Below, in pieces: positions 23,461 to 35,524 of a DNA stretch of 64,000 nucleotides (positions are counted from its first letter, which is position 1; each line of letters opens with the position of its first letter). Made by a program: the position numbers and the translations under genes. Below the pieces are notes generated by a model. It saw only the letters and a program-made list of their open reading frames with translations. It was not told where the DNA came from and searched no databases. Source of the stretch: Stegostoma tigrinum (taxonomy: Eukaryota); the NCBI RefSeq assembly GCF_030684315.1, contig NC_081387.1, positions 5,064,497-5,128,496 on the forward strand, in the 5' to 3' direction.

Positions 23461-25869
23461 CAACAAAGTGTGTAGCTGGATGAACACAGCAGGCCAAGAA
23501 GCATCTCAGCAGCACAAAAGCTGACGTTTCGGGCCTAGACCCTTCATCAGAGAGGGGGATGGGGACAGGGTTCTGGAATAAATAGGGAGACAGGGGGAGG
23601 CGGACCGAAGATGGATAGAGGAGAAGATAGGTGGAGAGGAGAGTATAGGTGGGGAGGGGATAGGTCAGTCCAGGGAAGACGGACAGGTCAAGGGGGTGGG
23701 ATGAGGTTAGTAGGTAGGAGATGGAGGTGCGGCTTGGGGTGGGAGGAAGGGATGGGTGAGAGGAAGAACAGGTTAGGGAGGCAGAGAAAGGCTGGGCTGG
23801 TTTTGGGATGCAGTGGGGGGAGGGGAAGAGCTGGGCTGGTTTTGGGATGCAGTGGGGGGAGGGGATGAACTGGGCTGGTTTGGGATGCGGTGGGGGAAGG
23901 GGAGATTTTGAAGCTTGTGAAGTCCACATTGATACCATTGGGCTGCAGGGTTCCCAAGCGGAATGAGTTGCTGTTCCTGCAACCTTCGGGTGGCATCAAT
24001 GTGGCACTGCAGGAGGCCCATGATGGACATGTCATCTAAAGAATGGGAGGGGGAGTTGAAATGGTTCGCGGCTGGGAGGTGCAGTTGTTTATTGCGAACC
24101 GAGCGGAGATGTTCAGCAAAGCGGTCCCCAAGCCTCCGCTTGGTTTCCCCAATGTAGAGGAAGCCACACCGGGTACAATGGATACAATATACCACATTAG
24201 CAGATGTGCAGGTGAACATCTGCTGAATATGGAAGGTCATCTTGGGGCCTGGGATGGGGGTGAGAGAGAAGGTGTGGGGGCAAGTGTAGCACTTCCTGTG
24301 GTTGCAGGGGAAGGTGCCGGATGTGGTGGGGTTGGAGGGGAGTATGGAGCGAACATGGGAGTCATGGTGAGAGTGGTCTCTCTGGAAGGCAGACAAGGGT
24401 GGTGATGGAAAAATGTCTTGGGTGGTGGGGTCAGATTGTAGATGGTGGAAGTGTCGGACCATGATGCGTTGTATCTGGAGGTTGGTGGGGTGGTATGTGA
24501 TAATGAGGGGGATCCTCTTGGGGTGGTTGTGGCGGGGGCGGGATGTGAGGGATGTGTTGCTGGAAATGTGGGAGACACGGTCAAGGGCGTTCTCGACCAC
24601 TGCAGGGGTAAAGTTGCGGTCCTTGAAGAACTTGGACATCTGGGATGTGCAGGATTGAAATGCCTCCTCCTAGGAGCAGATGCGGCAGAGGTGGAAGAAT
24701 TGGGAATAGGGGATGGAATTTTTGCAGGATGGTGGGTGGGAGGAAGTGTATTCTAGGTAGCTGTGGGAGTCAGTGGGCTTGAAATGGACATCAGTTTCTA
24801 GCTGGTTACCTGAGATGGAGACTGAGAAGTCCAGGAAGGTGAGGGATGTGTTGGAGATGGCCCAGGTGAACGTAAGTTTGGGGTGGAAGGTGTTGGTGAA
24901 GTGGATGAACTGTTCGAGATCCTCTGGGGAGCAAGAGGCGTCGCCGATACAGTCATCAATGTAACGGAGGAAGAGGTGGGGTTTGGAGCCTGTGTAGGTG
25001 CGGAAGAGGGACTGTTCCACGTAACCTACGAAGAGGCAGGCATAGCTTGGGCCCATGCGGGTACCCATGGCCACCCCCTTTGTCTGTAGGAAGTGGGAGG
25101 AATTGAAAGAGAAGTTGTTGAGGGTGAGGACGAGTTCGGCGAGGCGGATGAGGGTGTCAGTGAAGGGGGATTGGTTGGGCCTGCGGGACAGGAAGAAGCG
25201 GAGGGCCTTAAGGCCATCTGCATGAGGAATACAGGTGTATAGGGACTGGACGTCCATGGTGAAAATGAGGTGTTGGGGGCCAAGGAATTGGAAGTTCTGG
25301 AGGAGGTGGAGGGCGTGGGTGGTGTCATGGATGTAGGTGGTGAGTTCCTGGACCAAACGGGAGAAAATGGAGTCGAGATAGGTGGCGATGAGTTCGGTGG
25401 GGCAGGAACAGGCTGAGACAATGGGTCGACCAGGGCAGGCAGGTTTGTGGATTTTGGGAAGGAGATAGAAGTGGGCCGTGCGGGGTTGGGGAACAATGAA
25501 GTTGGAGGCTGTGGGTGGGAGGTCCCCTGAGGTGATGAGGTCATGGATGGTGTTGGAGATGACGGTTTGGTGCTTGGGGGTGGGGTCATGATTGAGGGGG
25601 CGGTAGGAGGAGGTGTTGGAGAGTTGGTGTTTGGCCTCGGCGATGTCGAGGTCAGTGCTCCATACTACCACTGCGCCTCTCTTGTCTGCGGGTTTGATGG
25701 TGAGGTTGGGGTTGGAGCGGAGGGCTGCCGTTCTGTGGGGGAGAGGTTGGAGTGGGTGAGAGGGGTGGAGAGGTTGAGGCGGTTGATGTCTTGACGGCAG
25801 TTGGAGATGAAGAGGTCGAGGGAGGGTAAGAGGCCTGGGGGTGGTGTCCAGGAAGAGGACTCCAGGTCC
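23461..25869 (-). mobile_element. Penelope-like element (Neptune-type; RT + GIY-YIG), 5'-truncated, in intron 3
   Basis: GVAMGTRMGPSYA, YIDD, CNHRKCYTC linker, VYCIHC..CGFLYIGETKRRLGDRFAEH; one in-frame stop at 24670; perfect 12-bp TSD tgcaattcatgt (23449-23460, 25870-25881). Confidence 0.95.
23519..23554 (-). ncRNA. Minimal type I hammerhead ribozyme motif in the PLE terminus
   Basis: CUGAUGA (23550-23544), stem II gggtc/ggccc, GAAAC, GUC triplet; stem I weak and stem III minimal; same motif at 19250(+), 31783(-), 57349(+), 60851(-). Confidence 0.65.
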
Positions 25870-25991
25870 TGCAATTCATGTATTTGGTTATTTTTCAGTA
25901 TCTTGCATTTGCATGTTTCTCTTTTATTTTGAGTTGAGCTAAAAAGTTAAAGCATTGCTAATACCAAATTATAATCAAATCTCTCACTGAC

Positions 25992-26273
25992 CCCAGAATA
26001 CAGTTACTGGCTCCTTTAGGCTCGAATGTTCGACATGACAGGAGTACATATCTCCAGGACTCGGGACAATGTTCAGGTATGAAAATCTACGAAATGTAAA
26101 ATCCTCTTTGATATAGAACTCAGTGATGTTATCTCCATCAGTCATGGGTTCATTGTTCCTTCTCCACTTCATGGTGATGTGCGGAGGGTAGAATCCATCA
26201 GCGAAACAGATCAATACGTTCAGCTGCCCCCATTCTACAAGGTCCTCAGAATACACAGAGACTTCAGGGTGAA
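25992..26273 (-). CDS. DAA: MHC class II alpha chain, exon 3 (alpha2 Ig C1-set domain)
   Basis: 282 nt between acceptor tttactttacag and donor G|GTCAGT; PEVSVY...NVLICFADGFYPPHITMKW...YSCHVEHSSL..P...W with both Ig cysteines. Confidence 0.98.
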
Positions 26274-27099
26274 CTGTAAAGTAAAGATAAAACACACAAG
26301 AGTGCAATATAATCATATCCAAAATTAGACAAGCAATGTATACTGAAAATCCCACAGAATATAATGATAGTGAGAAAAAATCTGTGAATAATCTAAGAGA
26401 CGAAAACACATCTAAGAAAGGGAAGTGAAAGAGTTACTCCGAATCTTTCTCCCCTAGAACACTGTTAGTAATCTAGCCCAACTATTTCAAATGCATCAGC
26501 TGAGTTATTGCAATTGCAGGAGGGGTAACTCCCTCCACCCTCCAATTCAGCTCATTTGACAACAAAATCAGATCACTCCTCTCCAACCAGACTGATGCCT
26601 AATTTAAATGCAAGTCTGCAGCAAATAACAATATTGCAGAAGTAGCAGAATTCTATCACATCAAAATGGGGGGGGAACACCTGACATGATTGGAAGTCTG
26701 ACACAATCTAAAACAGTCGGTTAGAAGCAGCTCAGTGAATCATTGATTCAATGTTCAGATTCACAGATAGACCCCGATTCCAAATTGCTTCTTCATCATT
26801 TTTCCCCTCTGTCGAAATCAGGAATATTTTGCTATCATTTGGTGTACTTGTTATTATATCTTGATCACAAGGAGCAACAGCAGTTTCAGAAAGCAATTCT
26901 CAGTTAGGCACCAGATGAAGTGGAGTTGTGTATATACAGCAAATTTTGATTTAACTGACCCTTCCTCAGAACCCGAAATGTTAATTCTGATTCTTTCTTC
27001 ACAGATGCTGCCAGACCTGCTGAGCTTTTCCAATAATTTCTGTTTTTGTCCTTGTTCTTTAAACCTGACCAGGTGTCATCCCATCTACTGACCATGATA

Positions 27100-28460
27100 T
27101 CTTCATTGCTTCCTTGCTCAGCTTCTACATTGAATGGCTTCTCATCTTAGGTGATTTCAATTTCTATCAAACATATTATTTTCTCTTTCCTCTGAGTTCA
27201 CTTACTCTTCTAACCTCCCTTAAATCCTTCATCCACACAAGCTCAACCCATAATCATAGTTATCCCCTTGACCTTGGCCATTTGTGTTGCCTGATAACAG
27301 TCATTGTATTGATCATAGATAAAGCCACTGATTAATTCCATGTAATACTCCCAATTTTCCAGTAAATATACTTTTTCAAAAGCTGTAATTTGGCTTCCAT
27401 TCACATATTTCTGCAGCTACCGATTTACATACCCCTAAGTTCAAGTAATATAGGCTTGAAGGAATATGTCAGATAACTGGTTTGTCATTTACTATTCCAA
27501 CTGGCTGGGCCACATAAAGCATTATCATGTCTTACTCTTCTGCAAAAACTTCTCACTGCTACAGGATCACAATGCGATGCAAAGGTACCCTCTGGTTTCT
27601 ATTCTCTTTTACAAACTGTCTTAATCTGTCACCTCCAACAATAATTGTGTGGAGTTTATGGATTTCTTTGTTACTACAATCAAGATCGCATCTGCTACGT
27701 CTCTCCGTTCCACTAGCACATCAGGGCAAACTTCCATTAATGTTCCTCTCCCACAGCTCTAAACTCATATCTTTCTCTAGTGTCTTTCCTAAACCCTCAT
27801 GTCCTTTCTGAGCCCACCTTGTCCATGCAAACCACCTCCTGTTCTCTCAACCCTATAATGATTAAACTGCTAATCACTCAACTTCCCCTCCTCCCGGTCC
27901 CCATGTTATCTTATCATTGTTCAGTTTTCACTCTTTCAATTATTGTTCCCTCTCCTTCAAATTCGCCATTATCTACCCTCCCCTCCAAAAAGAAAACTGA
28001 CAGTTTCCTTCTAATTTATGCCCACATCTCATTTTTCTTCACAAGATCCATAAATGTGCCAAGACCTTCCAAATTTGCTCCCATCCTTTCTCCAACTTCA
28101 CATTTAAATACCTCCAATCAGGTTTCAGTCCCTGTATCAGTACTGAAATGTCTTTTATTAAAGTCGCAAATAATATCCAATGTGAATGTGACAAAGATAA
28201 ACTATCCCCCTCTTCCTCCTCCTCTGCAGCCTGTGACACAGTTGAAGTCACCACCCTCTATTAACACCCCTCCACTGTCATTCAGAAAGATGAAGCAGAT
28301 GTCACCTGGTTCCATTCCTATCTATTCAATCATAGCCAGAATAAACTTTGCAATCGTTTCCTTTCATGCTACCCCACCAAGGATTTATCCTTGTCTCCCA
28401 CACCATTTCTCAACCAAATGCATCCCTTGATGACTTCATCCGAAAACACAGCTTCTATTC
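27100..28460 (+). mobile_element. Ancient L2-type LINE remnant
   Basis: LILGDFN and TH..S.PLDL endonuclease remnants followed by a degenerate RT region. Confidence 0.65.
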
Positions 28461-29404
28461 TCACATGCACATTATTTATCACAGTCCCTCATAAACCCCT
28501 AAGCCAACACACTCCGTGTCCATCATGGGCAGATCTCAGAAGCTATGTAGAGATGAATTATAAAAATCTGAAGCAGCTCTGAATGAATAACATTCCCATT
28601 CGTTCAAGCAGCAAAGATTTTAATTTTTTTTAAGTCCAACCACCTCACCACCATCTCCTTCCACTGTATAAGATTATTTGTGCAACAGAGTTTCAGATCG
28701 ACAGAAATTTCCTCTGGCTAAAAACCTGAGAGTGGGTAAATTACTGTCTTTGGTCTCCATTAAAAATTCCTCTTCCTAACTACTAATTTTATACCTCTTC
28801 CTGGTAACAGTTGTAAACTTGTGAAAGTAGGTAACGGAGGAGACCGGAAATTAATTTTTATTCTGTTTAGATTTATTCAGAGTCAAAACTTGCAAATATA
28901 TATCTCCCATCACAAGCTCTCCTTGAGTTGTGTAGGATTTGAAACATAACCTCTGGGATTAAGAGTCTAATTATTATCCAACTGACATATTGGGACTTTT
29001 ACATTCTCTTTATCTTTGCTCAAGTAATGATCAAATGAGAGTCCCCAAGCCGTATGCACTTATCCTGCTTTCTGCAATTAAAAGTGAAGAGTGCTCTGCA
29101 GTCACCATTGCAGTGAGGCAGAGTGGGAAGAATGTTGTGCAGTCAGTTCTTGTTGAAAAAACAAGCAAGAGATACACCCCAGAGAGTCCATAAGTTCATT
29201 GTCGGTATTAGAAAAGAGACAACCCGAAGGCAGGAAGGTCAAGCCAAAATTCAGACCTGACATAGATGCCCGTTTTGTGGGAGTGAGTATCTGTTGTAGT
29301 CCTATTCTTTTCTCAAGTTTTAATATAAATACTATCATTGGTGGTAAAGTTAATATAATATATAAAAAGCAACATAGATAATTAAATAATTAATTAAAAC
29401 AAAT

Positions 29405-31660
29405 TCTCACTTTCCTTCTCACTGTTTCCCTTGACCCTCCCTCTCTCCTTCACGCTCCCTTCCCCCCCACACTTCCTTTCCCCCTCATTCCCCTTTCCTT
29501 TACCCCTCTCTCACTCTGCCTTTCCATCACCCTTATTCACTATCCATTGCCAACTCTATCACTGTCCCTTTTCCTTCCCCTCACTATCCCCTTCCCACTC
29601 TCTCATTCTTCCTTACACTCCCCCTCTCCGTTTGCCTCCTCCTCCTTCACTGTCCCTTATTCCCCCACTGTCTCCTTTTCCGTCCTCCTCAGTCTCCATT
29701 TCCCACACACTCTCCCTTTCCCACTCTCTTAGTCTCCCTTCCCCTCCCCTTAATCTCCCTTTCCCTCCCCTTCTCTCATTCTTCCTTATCTGTTCTCACT
29801 CAGCCTTTCCATCCCCGTCATTGCCTTTCCCATTCTCTACTCTCCCTTCCCCACTTGCTGTCTCCATTTTCCCCCACTCACTCTCATGCACCCTTCCCCT
29901 TATCCTCACTCTCCCTTTCCCACACTCACTCTCTCCCTTTCCCTCCCACATACTCTGCCTTTCCCTCCCCCTCAATCTGCCTTTCCCGTTCTTCCTCTCA
30001 ATCTTCCTTTTGCACACTCCCTTGTTCTTCCTTCCCTTTCCCCTCACTCTCTCTTCCCCTGCCCCTCACTCTCCCTTTCTGTCCCTCAGTATCTCACTCT
30101 CTCCCTTTCCCTCCCCCAACTGTCTGTTTTTTTGTTTTCTCATTATTCCGGTGTCCCTTCCTCACTCTCCCATTACCTCCGCCTTGCTCTGTCCCCCTTT
30201 CCACCTCTCTCACTCTCACTTTCCTCCCCCTCACTTTCCCTTTCCCACCCGCTCACTGTCCTGTCCCCCTTCCCTCACTGTCTGTCCTCCTCACTCTCCC
30301 ATTCCAATTCACTGTATGCCTTTCCCCCCTCTCACTGTCACTCTACCATGCCCTCATCCTAACTCACCCTTTCCCTTCCGCCTCTCTGCCTTTCCCCCTC
30401 TCATTCCCTCACTCTCATTTTCCCTACCCTCCCTCACTCTCCCTAACCTCTCACTCTGTCTCCCTTTCCCTCCCCCTCCTCCATACTCCTTTTCCCTCCC
30501 CCTCCCCTATACTGCCTTTCCCCTTCTCTCACTCTTCCTTTCCCCTTCTCCCACTCTCTTATCCCCTCCCCGACACTGCGTCTCTCTATCACCATTTCTC
30601 ACTCTCCCTTTCCTACATCCTCGCTGTCCCTTTCCCTCATCCTCAGTCTGCATTTCTCTCCATCCTCCCTTTCCCATATTCTCACTGTTCTATTCCATCT
30701 CCTCATTCTCCCATTCCCCCCTCACTCTCCTGTTTCCCTCTCTCTCCCTCCTCCTCACTCCCCCTTACAATTTTCTCATTTACCTTTTCTTACTCTTTCA
30801 CTCTCCCTTTCCCTCCCCTCTCTCTCAATCTCCCTCTCCCATGGTGACTCACCTTTCCTTCCTGCTCACGCTCCATTTCCCTCCACCTTTCACCCCTTAC
30901 CACTCTCTCACTCTCTCCCCTTTCCCTCACCCCTACTCTCTGTTTTCCGCCCCTCCCACTGTCCCTTTTTCCTTGGCATACTTCCCTTCTCCCTCTGTCA
31001 CTCTCCCTTTCCCTTTCCCTCATTCTCCCTTCCTGTCCTTGTCTCTCCCATTCTCTAACTCACTCTCCTTTTCCCAGTTATTCAGTCTTCCTTCCCCCTC
31101 TCTCACTCTTACTCACCCCACTCATCCTTTCCCTTCTCCTCAGTCCCCATTTCCCTCCCCCTCACTCTCCATTTTGCTCCACCTCTTCCCCTTCCCACTC
31201 TCTCTCTCTCCCTTTCCCTCCCCCTCACTTCAAATTCCATCCCTCACTCTTTCTTTCCCCCCTCTCATCGTCCCTCCTCCTTGCTCACCCTTTCCCACTC
31301 TCTTATTCTCCCTTTCCTACAATCTTACTCTCCCTTCCTCCCTTATTCTCTTTTCCTTTCCCCTCACTCTTCTTTTCCCTTCCCCTCCTCCCTTTCACTC
31401 TCATTCCTCCACACTCTACCTTTCCCATTCTCACTCTTTCTCCTTCGCACTCTCCCTTTACCACTCTCTCATTCTACATGTCTGACTCTCTCACTCTCCC
31501 TTCCCCTCCCCCTCACTCTCCCTTCCCCTCTCCCTCACTCTCCCTGCCCCCACCCCTCACTTCCCCATACCCCCACCTGTTGCTCATCCGTTGCCCCCGC
31601 CCCTCTCTCTCTCCCCCCCCATTTCCCACTCCTCTCTCTCCCATTCCCCTTTTCACCCAT
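29405..31660 (+). repeat. 2.2 kb pyrimidine-rich low-complexity tract (degenerate ctcactctccctttccctcccc units)
   Basis: Direct reading; similar shorter tract at about 32850-33160. Confidence 0.95.
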
Positions 31661-32800
31661 AAGATGTAGGAGCAGAATTCGGCCAGAGACAGTTGGAACT
31701 GCCGATGCTGGAGAATCTGAGATAACACGGTGTAGAGCTGGATGAACACAGCAGGCCAAGCAGCATCATAGGAGCAGGAAAGCTGACGTTTCGGGCCTAG
31801 ATCCTTCTTCAGAAGCCAAAACGTCAGCCTTCCTGCTCCTCTGATGCTGCTTGGCCTGCTGTGTTCATCCAGCTCTACACCTTATTATCGCAGAAATCGG
31901 CCATTTGTTCCATCAGTTTCCTCTGTCACTCAATCATGACTGATATGATTCTCAACCCCATTCTCCTGCCTTCTCCCGATAACCTTTGATTCCCTTACCA
32001 ATCAAGAAGCTATCTGTCTCAGCCTTAAACACACTCAATGACGTGGCCTCTACATGTTGGCAAGGTGACTCAGTGGTTAGCCTCACATCATCAGGGACCC
32101 AGTTTCATTCCACCCTCACGTGACTGTCTGTGTGGAGTTTACACATTCTCCCCATGTCTGCATGGGTTTCCTCCAGGTGCTCTGGTTTCCTCCCACAGTC
32201 CAAAGTTGTACAAGTTATGTTGATTGGCTACAGTAAAATTGTCCAGAGATGTGCAGGCTAGATTCAGGGTAGGCTTTTTGGGGCAGGTGCAGACTTGTTA
32301 GACTGAATGGCCTCTCTTTGCACCCAGAGATTTCCATTGCACTGAGTTCCACAGATTAACTACTATCTGGCTTAATAAATTCCTCATCTCAGTTCTAAAG
32401 GATTGTATCTTCACTCTGAGGCTGTTGCTCAGGTCCTCGTCTCTCCTACTAGCAGAAACATTTTCTCTATGTCAACTCTATTCAGGCCTCTCAGTATCCT
32501 GTAAATTTCAATGAAATCTCCCCCCCCCCCCCCCCCCCATCATCCTTCTAAACTCCAAGTACAGACCCAGAGTCCTCAGCTGCTCCTCATATGACTAGCC
32601 CTTCACCCCCAGGATCATTCTTGTAAACCTCCTCTGGAACCTCTCCAACACCAGCACATCTTTCCTTAGGTACTGGGCCCAAAAGTGCTCACAATATTCC
32701 AAACACAGTATGACCAGAGTCTTACAGAGCCTGAGCAATACATATCTGCTGTTATATTCTATTCCTCCTGAAATGTATTTGCCTCCTAACTGCAACTGAA
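31660..32800 (-). mobile_element. CR1 3' fragment interrupted by the hairpin element and a SINE
   Basis: LEYCEHFW..LRKDV...QRRFTRMI; tail at 31660. Confidence 0.8.
31686..31889. mobile_element. Palindromic Penelope-terminus mini-element (family 1) in intron 2
   Basis: About 71-bp inverted arms 31721-31791/31819-31889; 14-bp TSD gcagaa(t/a)tcggcca at 31672-31685 and 31890-31903. Confidence 0.88.
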
Positions 32801-33099
32801 CTGTTTACCTTTGTGCTTCAGATATACCAAGGCTTTCCCCATGTAGAAAATTTTTCCATTCTTTCACTCACCCTTTCATTTTTCCCAGTCTCTCCCTTTC
32901 TCACAATTTCTTTCTCACTCTTCCCTTCCCATTCTTTATTCAACCATTTCCCCACTCTATATATTTCTCTCTCCCTCCATCTCACTGTCCCTTTCTCGAC
33001 CCCCACCCTACCCCACCCTACTGTCTTTCCCAATCTCTTACCGTCCCTGGTCTCTCACTCTCATTATCATTATATCCCCTTCCCTCTATCACGATTTCA

Positions 33100-34085
33100 A
33101 TGCCCCCGCCCCCGGCCCCGCTTTCCTTCCTATTCGCACTCTTCAACTCCTTTAAAGTCTCCACCGTTTTTTCCAGGCTGGCCAAAAAGAGTCAATCCGG
33201 GTGAAATACAACACCTTTGCACCGCAGAATCCTTGTTGCGCACTTCCTTGGCCAATATTCCGTGTTCAAGTCAAAGTGACTGTTTATATTCTCCTGCACA
33301 AGGACTCACCGGGACACACAGCATGGAAACAGGCCGCTCGGCCCATCTGAAAGAGCCTGCGGAACAGAAATCCTGGCACTACCTGCAGGCAGACACCCCG
33401 GTGACGGCCTCTGAAGGCTCAGTCTCTCTCTCAGACACACACAGGGTTTCTATCTCACTCCGTGCCCGGCCCATCCCCGGCTCTGAGCCCGGATCAGCCC
33501 CCTGCCCCCCCGGCTCGGATCGGGCAGTCACATCGGGACCTTACCTTTCGGTTCCGGGGTCCCCCCGGACAGGTTCATGACAACATTCAAATTGTTTTTC
33601 AGGATGGCGATATTGGCTGAGATCCCCGCCTCCCCTCCCTGCATGCCAAGATGGGCAAACGCGGGGATCCGGGCCACCTCCTTCTTCAGGTTGAAGTCCA
33701 TGTAGAAAACCTCATCTCCGTCCTCCTCCAGATCAAAGTGTTTATCGGGATTCCGCTGCTGCACAAAATATACCTGGGAATAATCGTACAGATCTGAAAG
33801 AGACAGGGAGAGAGAGAGAGATCACACCAGGGAAGACCCGCCGAATGTGGTTCTGACGGAGTGAGCACTGAGCAGAGCTCCAGTCCTCCTCACAGCGGGT
33901 CCCAGGCACTGCCCAGACCGCGGTTCCCGGCTCCCACCCCGCCGTGAAAATCGCTGGCAACAAATGTTTTCGTAGCGCCCGTCGTTTCTCAAATCGCTGT
34001 TATGTTAGCGATTTCAGAGGGTTCTTTCGTGCGTCTCTTGACACAAATAATTTTGGTTGCTGAGATGTCGATTGTGGTCCGGAGT
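33100..34085. other. CpG/GC-rich island centred on exon 2
   Basis: Dense CpGs (e.g. cccggctcggatcgggc, gcggggatccgggcc) in an otherwise CpG-depleted window; boundaries approximate. Confidence 0.75.
33545..33793 (-). CDS. DAA: MHC class II alpha chain, exon 2 (alpha1 peptide-binding domain)
   Basis: 249 nt between acceptor tgtctctttcag (33794) and donor G|GTAAGG (33544); YLYDYSQVYFVQQRNPDKHFDLEEDGDEVFYMDFNLKKEVARIPAFAHLGMQGGEAGISANIAILKNNLNVVMNLSGGTPEPK has the class II alpha motifs DGDE.FY.D and ANIA..K.NL. Confidence 0.97.
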
Positions 34086-34479
34086 GTGGTGAATTTGTGT
34101 GGCAAACCAGGAGCAGGAGTAGGCCATTTGGCCCATCCACCTGCTTTGCCATTCAGTAGGATCACAGGCTGATCCTCCAGCTCAGTTTCATTTCATGCTC
34201 TCTCCCGTTGATGCCTTTAATATGTAAAATTTATTTATTTCTTTCTTCAATTTATTCAGTGAGTTGGCCGCCGTAGTTTTCTGTGGTAGCGAATTCCCTT
34301 TGGGTAAAGAAGCTTTTCCTCATCTCAGTCCTAAATGGCCTACCCTGTGTCCTGAAACTGAGTCGCCTGGTTCTGGACTTCCCAACTGGACAAAACATCC
34401 TCCCTGCATCTTGTGTGTCCAGCCCTGTTAGAATTTCATGTTTCAGTCAGATCCTCCATTCAATGACGATGATTTGATT

Positions 34480-35510
34480 TATGATGATTTGATATATTGT
34501 CATGTATACCTAAGTGCAGGGAAAAGCTTTGTTTGTGAGCAGCCCAGGCAAATCATAAGAAGCAAGGACATACAGATTATAGGGTGAAAAAAACTTGGAC
34601 AACCTCTCTCTCAAAGTCGGAAAAACTAAAAACCTGATCATTGACTCAGTCAAAAAGGAGAACACACCCCCACCTACATCAACACAGTGAGCATCAAGTT
34701 CTCAGAAGTGATGATAACCAGCAACCTGTCCTGAATTTTCCATGTAGATGCAACGGTCAAGAAGGCATAACAATGCCTGCCCAGGACCATATGAAACTGA
34801 AGAAGGTGGTGTGCACAGTCTGTACCATCCACGGACTCCATTCACATGGCTCACTGCTGTGGAAAGTTGTCAACATCGTCAAAGACCCATTGCACCCTGG
34901 TGATGATCTCCTACAACCTTGTCCATCAGGCAGAAGACACAGAAGCCTGAACACACCAGCAGGTTCAAGAACAGCTTCTTCTTGGCCATTATTAGACTGG
35001 TGAATGGACTCTCTAACTTCAAATAACGCTGATATTGCTAACGTTGATCTAGCCTAGCATATGCTCTGTACAATGTAACCTGCATATCTTGATTGATTGA
35101 TTTATTGTCCGGTGTACTGAAATACAGTGAAAAGCTTTGTTTACAGGCAGAACATATTAAGAAAGGGTGTACAGATCAAAATGACTTACACAGATGTGTA
35201 CAGGTCACATTGCACCAGGCAAGATCAATGTTAGTTTTGCCAACATTGAAAGAGGTTGTTATCATTGCACCACATCATCAAACCCTCTATTTCCTTTCTG
35301 TATTCTGACTCATCGTTGTTTGATATCTGTTCTACCACTGTGGTGTCATCAGTGAACTTGTAGTTGCAGTTTGTTTGGAATTTGACAACACAATCATGGG
35401 TGTACAACAGTACAGTAGGGGGCTGAGAATGCATCCTAGAGGGGGCTCCAGTGTTGAGTGTTATCGCAGAGGAGGTGCAGTTGTCTGTCTTCACTGAATG
35501 CGGTCTATGG
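34480..35510. mobile_element. Rex1/Babar-like LINE fragments, both orientations
   Basis: [26 protein letters not shown]; VKDPLHPG. Confidence 0.75.
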
Positions 35511-35524
35511 GTTAGAACTGGCCT

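Noticed and set aside
29431-31485. 684-aa P/S/L/F-rich ORF and overlapping ORFs
   Set aside because: Artefact of a pyrimidine tract that rarely forms stop codons; TTG start, several frames open, intronic
32813-33580. 255-aa plus-strand ORF antisense to exon 2
   Set aside because: GTG start, low-complexity plus GC-rich sequence, no recognisable domain
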